This document shows, one piece after another, positions 19,390-29,175 of a stretch of DNA of 64,000 nucleotides. The stretch's first letter is position 1. Each line of letters opens with the position of its first letter. The position numbers were made by a program, and so were the translations under genes. Origin of the DNA: Pseudobdellovibrionaceae bacterium (GTDB lineage Bacteria; Bdellovibrionota; Bdellovibrionia; Bdellovibrionales; UBA1609); NCBI GenBank assembly GCA_018663505.1, contig JABJQG010000046.1, forward strand, positions 614-64,613, written 5' to 3'. A model generated the notes under the pieces. That model saw nothing but the letters and a program-made list of their open reading frames with translations. It had not been told where the DNA came from and made no database searches.

Positions 19390-20457
19390 CTAGTGAACTT
19401 GCTCAATAGTATGATCTTCTTTAATCCTAAAATACACAGATTTCATTTTATTTTTTTCATAATCGAGCTTAAATTCGGGAATTTTAATCACACCAAAAGT
19501 GCTATGAATCTCTAGTTTTACTTGAGCCTTGTTGTTGTTACCATAGGGGCTATAAAAGTTCACATCCACCTTATATTTACCGGGTATAAGTTTTGATGAC
19601 TGCCACATTTCAGCACCTGGTCCCTTTCTAGAATCTAAGGTAAAACTACCAGGGTGCCCCTTATGCTTTCTGTTTTTAAAGTTAAATGTTTTTCCTTTGG
19701 GATCTGTAATTGATAGATCTATGTCATGGTTTTCAGTGGGCCAATTAACCACAACAGTTGTGAATTCTTTAACAGAAGAAAGAAGAGCCTTGAGGGCCTT
19801 TACCTCTACAAGGATGGTCTCTTTGTCCTTTAAATCTTTTTTAAGCTCTTCAACCTTGCGTTCAGCTTCTTCAAGTTCTTTAAGGTCCACCTTCATTTCA
19901 ATGATTTCAGCTTTCATCTTTTTATTATCTGCTACGATCTTCTTAGAACTCTTAATTTTTTCTCTTAAACTCTGTATGATGTCTTTTTTCTTGTTTATGT
20001 CTAGTTGTTTTTCTTTAATAGTATTCGCTATGGACTGAATCTTTTGTTTTTGTTGAGAATCCGTTATCTTAAGATCCTCCACTTGTTCTTTGATTTTATT
20101 AATTTTTGCATTTACTTCAATTTGCTTTTTTATTTCTGTACGAGTTTCTTTTGTAATTATTATCGGAGTTTCAGGTTTTGAAACTATTTCTTGATTAGTG
20201 AACTGTAGCTTAATTGAGTTTTGAATAGCCCTAAGTGTCTCTGGACTACGCATGGAGTATAGAAGGATAAACAAACCAAAAAGCAGCGTCATTAAATCTG
20301 CAAAAGAAATTAACCATCTCTCGTCAATTTTTTCTGTAACTTCCTCTTCATGACTAATAGGGATTATATCTTCTGAGTTACTTTGTGCATCATCAGCCAG
20401 TTGGGTTTGAATTTCGTGATCTGTTTTTGTGAGATCAAAATCTTCAAAATCACTCAT
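19390..20457 (-). CDS. MotB-like stator/anchor protein with a coiled coil and a DUF2135-like C-terminal domain instead of an OmpA-like domain
   Basis: MotB-type TM/plug region ERWLISFADLMTLLFGLFILLYSM, followed by about 150 aa of K/E-rich coiled coil. C-terminus NHDIDLSITDPKGKTF...GPGAEMW...PGKYKVDVNFYSPYG. Confidence 0.7.
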   Translation of the reverse strand: MSDFEDFDLTKTDHEIQTQLADDAQSNSEDIIPISHEEEVTEKIDERWLISFADLMTLLFGLFILLYSMRSPETLRAIQNSIKLQFTNQEIVSKPETPIIITKETRTEIKKQIEVNAKINKIKEQVEDLKITDSQQKQKIQSIANTIKEKQLDINKKKDIIQSLREKIKSSKKIVADNKKMKAEIIEMKVDLKELEEAERKVEELKKDLKDKETILVEVKALKALLSSVKEFTTVVVNWPTENHDIDLSITDPKGKTFNFKNRKHKGHPGSFTLDSRKGPGAEMWQSSKLIPGKYKVDVNFYSPYGNNNKAQVKLEIHSTFGVIKIPEFKLDYEKNKMKSVYFRIKEDHTIEQVH

Positions 20458-21308
20458 TATGAAGACTTTCGTTGAGGTGTTCTTGAACTGCTGTGAGTAC
20501 TAATAATACTTCTGTTTTTTGCAATATGATCTTCATAATAATCTTTTAAACGGTAACGTTCTCTAATTGGGATAAAGCTGAGCAAGGTTTCAAGTAAAAA
20601 TGAGCTATTGTTTTTTAAGTGAATACTGAGCATAGCGGCTTTAATCATGTTTCTAGTGTGAGTCTCTTCTTGCACAGCTTTATGGGCATGGTCAGCTAAG
20701 GGGAGTAGTATAAGGTTTGCAATAGCTATACCCCAAAATGTGGTAACCAGAGTCACAGCCATCGCCGGTCCAATTTTCTCTGCGCCACCCTCTCCGAGAC
20801 CGGTCATCATACTGATAATACCCGTTACGGACCCTAGTAGTCCAAAAGCAGGTGGAAATTTTGCAAGAATAGTTAACATATTTGAATCTTCTGAATAGGC
20901 TTTTTTCACTAGCTGAATACGTTCTGATAATATGGAATTCAATTCGTTAGCTGAGAAATTATTTTTTTTAACAAGATAAATACTTTCAACCAAAAATGGG
21001 TGGTATTTTTTTTTATCTCTTGAGAGCTCCTGTTGAACATCTTTATCAAAGAATAAACTCAATATGTTTTTGGCAACTTTTATATCTGTTCTTCTAGATT
21101 TAAAAATGACTTTTAAAAAGAAAAAATCAAATAAGTCAGATATTTTCTTTAATGGGAAAATGATAAAAAAGGTGGCCATAGTGCCACCCACAACAATAAT
21201 TATGGAAGATGTATCTAAGAATAATTCTGGACTGGCAGCATTTTCAAAGATACCAAAGTAGAAAACTAAAAAAGCTATGGAGAATCCAATAATAGAGTTA
21301 ATATTCAT
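20457..21308 (-). CDS. MotA/TolQ/ExbB-family proton-channel protein
   Basis: 283 aa with 4 predicted TM segments. C-terminal channel motif AFGLLGSVTGIISMM...LVTTFWGIAIANLILLPL. Its stop overlaps the downstream ATG (TAATG). Confidence 0.8.
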   Translation of the reverse strand: MNINSIIGFSIAFLVFYFGIFENAASPELFLDTSSIIIVVGGTMATFFIIFPLKKISDLFDFFFLKVIFKSRRTDIKVAKNILSLFFDKDVQQELSRDKKKYHPFLVESIYLVKKNNFSANELNSILSERIQLVKKAYSEDSNMLTILAKFPPAFGLLGSVTGIISMMTGLGEGGAEKIGPAMAVTLVTTFWGIAIANLILLPLADHAHKAVQEETHTRNMIKAAMLSIHLKNNSSFLLETLLSFIPIRERYRLKDYYEDHIAKNRSIISTHSSSRTPQRKSS

Positions 21309-21315
21309 GCTTAAG

Positions 21316-21342
21316 TTATCGGTAAATTAGTGAAAATTCTTA
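21316..21342 (-). promoter_or_regulatory. sigma-28 (FliA)-like promoter candidate
   Basis: Minus strand reads TAAG-N15-ACCGATAA, against the consensus TAAA-N15-GCCGATAA. It ends 7 nt before the motA-like ATG, which is uncomfortably close. Confidence 0.25.
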
Positions 21343-21578
21343 GGTCAAAACACACTTAGGTCCAGTGGTTTTGGCAATAACTTTAATATGGATTTTCTTT
21401 TCAAATTTGCTCAAACACAGGCAAGCATGAAAAATATTCAACCTTCACAAAGTGGGTCTCCTGAGCCATATAAGTAAAGACCTGTATTGAGTAATCAATT
21501 TTGCAAATATTACAGGCCTTTATTGTCACAGTAGACACTTTGGGGCCCTAGATATTAATCTTTTCAAGTAGTTAACAA

Positions 21579-21594
21579 TGGTTTAGAAGTTGCA
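21579..21594 (+). promoter_or_regulatory. sigma-54-type -24/-12 box candidate
   Basis: TGGTTTAGAAGTTGCA with GG-N10-GC spacing, about 40 nt upstream of ATG 21634. Confidence 0.4.
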
Positions 21595-21633
21595 ATTATA
21601 GGTTTCTGTAGATCTCCATAGAGAAGGGCAGGA

Positions 21634-22827
21634 ATGAATCAAAGTTGTGTAAAATCGGAGGATTATGTGAAAATACTGATCAAACTTATTTTGATCATGC
21701 CATTTTTTGCATACGCAAATTCAGAGAATAAAAATAGCTCCCAAAAAAGTACTTTGGCAGTAAAGGACCAGTCTGCACTTTTGAATAATAAATCTAGCAC
21801 TATGTTCTCTTTGGAAAACAGCTTTATTTCCAAAGTGTCCACATTTGATGAAGGTGAAGATTCTGCATACCAGGTGATTTTTGGATACCAACCTAGTTTA
21901 AAATTTAACATCCATTCAAAGTTTAATATTGATACTCAATTCTCCATTAACCTTGGCGCTTCGCGGGTACAATCTCGTTTTCAGAGACACAGCGACAATG
22001 ATACGGTTTTGAATGAATTAAGTATGAATTACCTACCCATAGAAAATTTAAAATTTTCATTAGGTGCAATAAATCAAAAACACCTAGAGTCTCCACATTT
22101 AGTTTCAGGTGTGACGTTCCCAGGTTTTAAATTGGAAGCAAAAACTAAGGGAAAGGGATTTAATATTGGAGCAAAGACACAATATTTAGTTCCCACATCT
22201 TCAAGTTTTGACTCAGACAGAAGCGAATCTGAAGTGCTACCTAACTTTCAAACCCAGGGTATCTTTGCAAGTTATAATGGTTTTAGTAAAGTAGATCTGC
22301 AAGCTCAGTGGAACCTGTATAGTTTTTCTAACTTGCCTTCTGTGGTGGCTTATGAAAGCAAGCGATTAGGGAATTTTTATATTACAGGAACAGATGTTTC
22401 AGAGAGTGCCTTTGCTGTTGATTATGCTGGGCTAAGCCAATCCTATAATGCGAAAATTAACTACACCAAGGGGCTTTCACATAATTTATTTGCCTCAATT
22501 GTTGAGAACCAAAATTTAGAATCCGGTAGTAATCGAGCACAATCAGTAGGTACAAGTTTAGATGTGAAAATTGCTCAAGTGGTTTTGACTCCTTCCATAA
22601 CCACATTTTTCTCAGAAACAGATGCTTCGCCAGCATTTTATAACTCTAGTGATCTTGGACACAGTAACAGACAAGGGATGAAATACTCTTTGCGTACCTA
22701 TTTTAAGAAATTGAAATTTGCCATTCAAGCGAACCTTATAGATTCCCAGGTGTTAAACATCTCTGCATATCAACAAGATTTAGTTATAGCAGAACTCTTT
22801 GTGGAGATGATCAATGTACGGTTCTAA
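21634..22827 (+). CDS. predicted outer-membrane beta-barrel protein
   Basis: Signal peptide (...IMPFFAYA), alternating beta-strand-like pattern throughout, and a C-terminal aromatic residue (...MINVRF). The GTG at 21667 with GGAGG 5 nt upstream is an alternative start. Confidence 0.6.
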   Translation: MNQSCVKSEDYVKILIKLILIMPFFAYANSENKNSSQKSTLAVKDQSALLNNKSSTMFSLENSFISKVSTFDEGEDSAYQVIFGYQPSLKFNIHSKFNIDTQFSINLGASRVQSRFQRHSDNDTVLNELSMNYLPIENLKFSLGAINQKHLESPHLVSGVTFPGFKLEAKTKGKGFNIGAKTQYLVPTSSSFDSDRSESEVLPNFQTQGIFASYNGFSKVDLQAQWNLYSFSNLPSVVAYESKRLGNFYITGTDVSESAFAVDYAGLSQSYNAKINYTKGLSHNLFASIVENQNLESGSNRAQSVGTSLDVKIAQVVLTPSITTFFSETDASPAFYNSSDLGHSNRQGMKYSLRTYFKKLKFAIQANLIDSQVLNISAYQQDLVIAELFVEMINVRF

Positions 22828-25800
22828 GGTGTTGCAACATTTTATCAAAACCACGTTACTTGTTGGCTTAGTATCTACAACGTTTCTTTCCTCAGGTTGT
22901 TTACGAAAGGCTGAGAAAGCGAAGCCACAGGTAGAAATGTCGGTGGAAGAAAAAGCTAAAAGTTCAGCTGATTTTAAATTAGTGACGGTAACTGGTGAGT
23001 CTTTTGCCAGCTCCGCATCTAAACTTTGGGGGATCCCCACCCACAAAACCTATGATTTCAGAGCATGTTTAATATCTAAAGCCACTAAATCTCCCTTGTC
23101 ATCGGGTCAAAAATTTAATGTTGTAAGGCCTGACAAAGGGGTTTCCTTTGCAGAAACAGATGATCATGGGTGTTTAAATTGGCATGAGAAAATCACATTT
23201 AACTTTGCTGCAGACTCCACATACATTGAATTGCCGAGAACATTATCTGGCCGTGGTATTTACAAAGGGGATCTTCCATTAAGTATTGGTATAAATCCTT
23301 GGTTAGAATATAGAAATGAAAAAGGAACGGAGGTTGTAGACCTTGCTAAAGTTAAGTTACCAGACAGCCATGTGGTAAGAGGGAAAGACAGTAAACTTTC
23401 ACTTTCAGGCCTATATAACAATGGGTCAGGTAGAGATCTGCTTATCGACAATAAAGTACAGTTAGAAATTTCCAAAGTTGAAGACGTTAAGGGAGCAAAA
23501 AGGGTAGAGGTAATTGCTAAAATTAAACCCTATATTGAACCTTTAAACATGTTAGGCAAACAAGTACGATATGACTTCAGAAAGGGAAAATTTCATGTAG
23601 CTCTTCAACTGGTTGCTGACCAGTTAGGTGCAGGAGCCAAACGCAGTATGCTGTTAACACCCACATTGATGCCCAAACCAAATGCAGAAGTTAAGGCTGA
23701 TGGAACAATTATATTCAAACAAGAAGTGTTGTTAAATAGAGAAGTTATGCAGGGTAATATTCATATGGCCTTAAGTGTAAGGACTGTGGACGACCCCTTT
23801 GTCACACCTTTAAAACCATATGAGGGGCTGCATAGAGTTAGTGACCTTAGAAATATTTTTAACAAGGACCATAGTGCCCATCAGATTGCAGGTGTGTTTA
23901 CTGAGGAAGACTTCAGCTATGGTGAGTATATTTCGAAAACAGAAGGTTTTGACATACTTAAAAAAGAAGGCCTAGCACGTGATCTACCACCATTTGTTTA
24001 TGAGCCTATGGCCATTCGTTTTGTGCGCATAAAATCAGGTGAAACGGCAACACGTAGAATTGTCATGTACAGAGTACAAACAAGGGTTGTTGATAGCATA
24101 ACAATGTTACCTGTGAAGTTTGCAAAGTTCTCTATCTATAAAAGTGAAAGTGCAACAAGAGAGTCCTCTGATACTGATGCCTTTGGTATTTTAAAATGGA
24201 CGGATGAAATTTCTCATTTATATTATATCCCCGAACAGTACTTTTTTCCCCAAGCTGTGGCTACCCATGTTTTATCTAAGGATACTCATAAGTTTAAATT
24301 AGTTTTAAACCCATGGACAGCGGGCTGGACTTTTGGAACGGATATGGGTGAACAAGGCGCATATTACGAAGGATTAAATAAAACGGTAAAGCGTAAGTCA
24401 TTATTTATGGTGGATGCTTTCAGATATCAAACCATTCGTTTTCGCTATGTTATAGATAAAAATATGACATTGAATGTAAAAAAAGCTGTGGTTATGGCCA
24501 TGGACCCATTAACCCAACGATACACAATTGATTTTGGTCGAAAGGGTGGAGAACCCCTAAGAGATGGTATTTATCTTGTTAAGGTGGCTTTAGTGAAATT
24601 TTTCGTTGACCCCTTTGGCAATGGAACTCGACTGCAACGGATTAAAGCTACAGGGGAACATAAGGTGGTAAAGGTTTCAGATAACCCTGAATCCAAGAAA
24701 AGAAAATATGTCACTGTAATTAAAAAATTGTTAAGAGTGCAGGGTGGGCGTATAACTACTCCATTAGAATTTTCCATGCGTGACCTTAGAATGATGAGTA
24801 TTCGTACAAACATTATGATTCAAATTGAAACCATTGATGAACAAAAGTTACTTGAAATTAATATTGCTGATAAGAAAATTAGAGACTTAGAGACAGCATG
24901 GAAAGCCTATAATCCTGAACTGATTGATGAAGGCAAGGCTCTTACTGAAGAGCAAAAAGATGAGTTTATGCTTAAACATATGGATTTATATAAAGCTGAA
25001 ACTGAAAAACTTAAAATGAATATGGCCACTGAGATCACTGATTTGCAAAACCACAGAGAAGTGTTGGCCAATAACCAAGCAGCTCGTTATAAAGCCTTAC
25101 AAGCCTTTGAAGATAAGGTTGGTAATGCTGATATAAAAGAGTTGAAAAAAAGATTTGAAGATACCATGAAATTAGATAAGACTGAGTTTGAAGCTTATTC
25201 GGCAAAACTGCGTGGAAAGATGAGTGACATTGAGACAACTTTTTCAGATGAATGGCGGCAGTGGAACCGTGATATGGACGTGCCAAGTAATGAAATTAAA
25301 GACTGGTACACATGGAGTGATGATTTTAAAGAAGATGAGTTTGATGGCGTAGGTGCTTTAAAAATAAAAAAACAATCCATGTCATGGCAAGCTAAAATAA
25401 GTGAGAATGAATACTATAAATCCCTATCTTTTTCCAACGAGAATCCAGATACAAATAGAAATGGACTAGGGGAAGTAAAATCTGTTTACGACTATCTCTC
25501 AAACCTACAGCTTTTTATGGATAATAATGACATGCCAGGTGTTGTAGGGAACGCTGACTTAACAACAATGAAACTGAATAACTACACACAAAACCCAGCA
25601 GCCCCATTTATTGACCTTGACTTGTATCGTGTTAATGAGGGACTGGCTCGTAGAAGTTTTATTGGTCCATGCACCTTAATTGAAAACCAAAATTTATCGG
25701 AAATGCGTCCTACAGATACCATTGATGAAAAATATTGTGAATTCATAGATTGCCAGGAAAATTTAGATACACTTGCCGAAAAAATTGATAACAAAGAATT

Positions 25801-27667
25801 TGAAGACTCAGCATATCACGGTGCTGTAAAGCCATTTGCCCAAATCCAAGTGGATAATATTATCGATCTTTACCAAAGAGAAGAACGCTTTTATTACACA
25901 GAAATGAAAGCCGTATCCCAGGTAGGTAGTTTTCTTGATAAATACAATATGGATTATATTTCTTTGACTGATAACGCATTTGATAGTGAAGATCCCGAAG
26001 CTCATGCTGAAAAACCCAAACGCTTTAATAATGACTGCGTGGTAAAAAAAGATCTGAAGGAATATAATCGTAATACTTTAGATACCTGTTACGTAGATGC
26101 AGACGATAAAATACAACCTATTGCTGATTTTTTAAAAGAGCTTGATGCTGCTGATTCTAAAAGCCTGATTCAAGACTTTTTTCTATATAAATTTTATGGA
26201 GAAGGAGATGAGGTTGATTACCCACAAGTGAATACGCTACCAGGTTTGTTAGGACAAGTTTGGGGTGATTTTCGTGAAATGGTAGAATTTATTGATGACA
26301 AGATGTACGATAATTACATTGAGGATGTAATTAATGTAGCTAGGAATACCACTAAATTGGTGCAAGGAGCAGTCAATTCAACTTTTGATACCGACTATGG
26401 GTTGGATACTAACACTCGTCGCTATATTAATGAATTTGAAGATCAGAAATTAAAAAAGTTTGATACAGAATCATTAACTGATTATTTCAACAATGAGCAT
26501 GCGAAGCTAAGCCTATTACAAGCTACTAAACTATGTGGTTTACTCACGCAAAGGATTGCTGGTCAGCTTGTAGATAAAAATATGATAAGCGATGAGTATG
26601 TAGGTGTGCCTGGAAAACCTAGAAGTGTAGAGGATCTAGTTAATTCAGCGGGATATATGATGGCTGATAATGATCCTGAAAAAAGAAAATTTATGGGATT
26701 GCCCGAAAACCGTCCAAAATTGCTGATACACAAAGCTCTTCGAAAAATTTGTTTACAGTCAATTAAGCTCGATTACAGAACAGGGAAAGTAAATGCGCCT
26801 ATGCTTTCTTTTGATCGACGCCATCGAGTCATTGAGACAGAAGGCTATGAACACAAAATTGGTCAAAATATGAATCTTAACGTTGGCTACGGTTTTGAAA
26901 TGAATTTTGCTGAATTAAATATGAGTAGTACAACCATTGGCCTTAATGGAGCTAGTATTCCTGCAGCCATGATGGTAGCAGCTTCAAAAAAGGGTGCAGA
27001 TTTATTAAAATTAAGAAAAGCTAAGAAAACGGGTACTGACTTAAAAAATATTAAAAGTTCAAGTTTAGGAGTTATGATAGAGGCGGGGCTATTGTCAGGA
27101 CTCATCATTGCTTCTAAAACACTTGATCGTACTGAAGTTAATGAAATAGCTAAAGGATCTTCAGTAAGTGAAGGGGTGTTTCTAGTGGTGCAACAAGCCA
27201 CTATGGAGATTACACTAAAGAAGTATGAGAGATGTTTCACGTCACACCTCTCACCAGCATTGTTTTATGGTAAGTCTCCTGAAGATTTATATTTACGGGA
27301 AGGACTTAATTTTTCTGATAAAAAACTAGCTGAAGTTATTACAAAAGGTATCATGGTCTGTGAAGGTAAAGTGATTGCTGATCAGCCAAAAAAGGTTATT
27401 GAGAATTACTATTATATCACCCAACATTTTACAGCAGGTGATTTATTGGATGACGGTAATTTATTAAATCATGTATGGCTATTACCTATAAGAGGGACTA
27501 AGGATTTTAATAAATTCATGCGAGCCATTAATGCAAAGGAAATCGACCAAGATGGTGAAGTGATTAAGCCAGGTGACGAATTTTCTTACCCATTAAAGAG
27601 CTTAAGAAAAAACTATGATCAAGTAATTCCATCTTTTCCAGGTATGTACACAGAACAAAGCTTATAG
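22814..27667 (+). CDS. giant (1617 aa) hypothetical lipoprotein with a central coiled coil
   Basis: The start overlaps the barrel gene by 14 nt. Lipobox FLSSGC and a long K/E-rich coiled-coil segment near aa 690-830. No family recognised. Confidence 0.8.
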   Translation: MYGSKVLQHFIKTTLLVGLVSTTFLSSGCLRKAEKAKPQVEMSVEEKAKSSADFKLVTVTGESFASSASKLWGIPTHKTYDFRACLISKATKSPLSSGQKFNVVRPDKGVSFAETDDHGCLNWHEKITFNFAADSTYIELPRTLSGRGIYKGDLPLSIGINPWLEYRNEKGTEVVDLAKVKLPDSHVVRGKDSKLSLSGLYNNGSGRDLLIDNKVQLEISKVEDVKGAKRVEVIAKIKPYIEPLNMLGKQVRYDFRKGKFHVALQLVADQLGAGAKRSMLLTPTLMPKPNAEVKADGTIIFKQEVLLNREVMQGNIHMALSVRTVDDPFVTPLKPYEGLHRVSDLRNIFNKDHSAHQIAGVFTEEDFSYGEYISKTEGFDILKKEGLARDLPPFVYEPMAIRFVRIKSGETATRRIVMYRVQTRVVDSITMLPVKFAKFSIYKSESATRESSDTDAFGILKWTDEISHLYYIPEQYFFPQAVATHVLSKDTHKFKLVLNPWTAGWTFGTDMGEQGAYYEGLNKTVKRKSLFMVDAFRYQTIRFRYVIDKNMTLNVKKAVVMAMDPLTQRYTIDFGRKGGEPLRDGIYLVKVALVKFFVDPFGNGTRLQRIKATGEHKVVKVSDNPESKKRKYVTVIKKLLRVQGGRITTPLEFSMRDLRMMSIRTNIMIQIETIDEQKLLEINIADKKIRDLETAWKAYNPELIDEGKALTEEQKDEFMLKHMDLYKAETEKLKMNMATEITDLQNHREVLANNQAARYKALQAFEDKVGNADIKELKKRFEDTMKLDKTEFEAYSAKLRGKMSDIETTFSDEWRQWNRDMDVPSNEIKDWYTWSDDFKEDEFDGVGALKIKKQSMSWQAKISENEYYKSLSFSNENPDTNRNGLGEVKSVYDYLSNLQLFMDNNDMPGVVGNADLTTMKLNNYTQNPAAPFIDLDLYRVNEGLARRSFIGPCTLIENQNLSEMRPTDTIDEKYCEFIDCQENLDTLAEKIDNKEFEDSAYHGAVKPFAQIQVDNIIDLYQREERFYYTEMKAVSQVGSFLDKYNMDYISLTDNAFDSEDPEAHAEKPKRFNNDCVVKKDLKEYNRNTLDTCYVDADDKIQPIADFLKELDAADSKSLIQDFFLYKFYGEGDEVDYPQVNTLPGLLGQVWGDFREMVEFIDDKMYDNYIEDVINVARNTTKLVQGAVNSTFDTDYGLDTNTRRYINEFEDQKLKKFDTESLTDYFNNEHAKLSLLQATKLCGLLTQRIAGQLVDKNMISDEYVGVPGKPRSVEDLVNSAGYMMADNDPEKRKFMGLPENRPKLLIHKALRKICLQSIKLDYRTGKVNAPMLSFDRRHRVIETEGYEHKIGQNMNLNVGYGFEMNFAELNMSSTTIGLNGASIPAAMMVAASKKGADLLKLRKAKKTGTDLKNIKSSSLGVMIEAGLLSGLIIASKTLDRTEVNEIAKGSSVSEGVFLVVQQATMEITLKKYERCFTSHLSPALFYGKSPEDLYLREGLNFSDKKLAEVITKGIMVCEGKVIADQPKKVIENYYYITQHFTAGDLLDDGNLLNHVWLLPIRGTKDFNKFMRAINAKEIDQDGEVIKPGDEFSYPLKSLRKNYDQVIPSFPGMYTEQSL

Positions 27668-27760
27668 CGCTATAAAATCAACAATTCTAGAGCTTTTCAT
27701 TTAACTTTGCGGTGGGACATGCTAAGTGTTGCTTTCGTACAAAGTCATTTTCAATCTTTC

Positions 27761-29128
27761 ATGGAGACCGCAAAAATGTTATCTCAAATTCTTTCCATTG
27801 TAGTGGATTACGCATGGGGAATGCCTCTTTTAATTTTACTTGTTGGTGGTGGAATCACTTTGGTTTTTTATTCTCGTTTTATACCTTTAGTGGGTTTTGT
27901 TCACGCAATAAAGCTTGTAACAGGTAAGTTCCATCATAAGGATGAGGAAAAGGCAGAGGGGCAGCTGTCTCACTTTAAAGCTCTGATGAATGCTTTGTCC
28001 TCAACAATTGGTTTAGGAAACATCGCTGGTGTTGCGGTTGCCATAACTCAGGGGGGTCCAGGTGCAATTTTTTGGATGTGGGTTTCAGCGCTTATTGGTA
28101 TGAACACTAAGTTTTTTGAAAGTACTTTGGCGGTGATGTACCGTGGTCATGACTATAGAGGTGAAGTCCAGGGTGGACCAATGTATGTGATCGAAAAAGC
28201 CCTGCCGAAGCAATTTCATTTTTTAGCTATATTTTTTGCAGTGTGTGGTCTGATTGGCACCATGTCTTTGTTTCAGGTGAATCAGCTGGCTTCAATGAGT
28301 GAAACTTATTTTTCAGTGCCACCCATCTTTGTAGGTATAGTTTCTTCAGTTTTTGTAGCTTATGTAGCTATGGGGGGAGTACGTAGAATTGCTGAAATTA
28401 CCTCGCGATTAGTGCCTTTAATGTGTGTGCTCTATATTATCTCTGCAATTTCCATATTGGTGTTGAAGTCAGATCTTATTCCAAGAGTTTTTCTTTCAAT
28501 ATTTACAGAAGCACTTTCACCATCGGCTGTAGGTGGCGGAGTTTTCGCCGGAATTTTAATTGTGATGAAGGTAGGGATAAAGAGAGCCTCTTTTTCTAAT
28601 GAGGCTGGCATCGGTACAGCGTCTATGGCTCATAGTAATGCTAAGACCTCTGAGCCCATCAGTGAAGGACTTGTGGCCATGTTAGGCCCCTTTATTGACA
28701 CTATAGTTGTATGTACAATGACGGCCTTAGTGATTTTAGTGACCTTGGACCCCTCAAGTTACGGAACAGACTCTGGAGTGGTATTGACCACTAGAGCGTT
28801 TGAGTCTGTATTTGGAGTTTTAGGGCGGTATTTTTTAGGGATTTCGGTGGTCTTGTTTTCTTTAACTACAATGGTGGGTATGTCCAACTATAATGAGAAG
28901 TGTTGGAATTATTTATTTAAAGGGCGTTCGTTTTTTAAAGAAAATAGCTTTATTGCTTTCTATGCCATTACTATTTTATTTGGGGCCGTTAGCGCATCGG
29001 ATGATGTGGTTAATCTGCTAGATATTGGTTTTGCTTTTATGGCTATTCCAAATATGATGGCAACCATATACTTAGCTCCTAAGGTTAAAGTTGAGCTTTT
29101 GAAATATAAAGCTAAGTATTTGTCCTAA
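27761..29128 (+). CDS. alanine/glycine:cation symporter (AGCS family)
   Basis: GQLSHFKALMNALSSTIGLGNIAGVAVAITQGGPGAIFWMWVSALIGM, with a multi-TM body. The ORF is open from 27707, and ATG 27761 or 27776 are the likely starts. Confidence 0.85.
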   Translation: METAKMLSQILSIVVDYAWGMPLLILLVGGGITLVFYSRFIPLVGFVHAIKLVTGKFHHKDEEKAEGQLSHFKALMNALSSTIGLGNIAGVAVAITQGGPGAIFWMWVSALIGMNTKFFESTLAVMYRGHDYRGEVQGGPMYVIEKALPKQFHFLAIFFAVCGLIGTMSLFQVNQLASMSETYFSVPPIFVGIVSSVFVAYVAMGGVRRIAEITSRLVPLMCVLYIISAISILVLKSDLIPRVFLSIFTEALSPSAVGGGVFAGILIVMKVGIKRASFSNEAGIGTASMAHSNAKTSEPISEGLVAMLGPFIDTIVVCTMTALVILVTLDPSSYGTDSGVVLTTRAFESVFGVLGRYFLGISVVLFSLTTMVGMSNYNEKCWNYLFKGRSFFKENSFIAFYAITILFGAVSASDDVVNLLDIGFAFMAIPNMMATIYLAPKVKVELLKYKAKYLS

Positions 29129-29175
29129 TCATAAACTTTTTAATTTTTTTAGTTAATTTGTTACTTGAGTGGTTT

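Noticed and set aside
19390-21308. MotA/MotB-like pair as a Zorya-type anti-phage system
   Set aside because: The MotA homologue is of ordinary length and lacks the long ZorA-type C-terminal tail. No ZorC, ZorD or ZorE-like genes flank it, and the neighbours are unrelated orphan genes.
21420-21480. 16-codon ORF (MKNIQPSQSGSPEPYK) in the divergent region between motA-like and the barrel gene
   Set aside because: It has no RBS, is very short, and nothing distinguishes it from chance.
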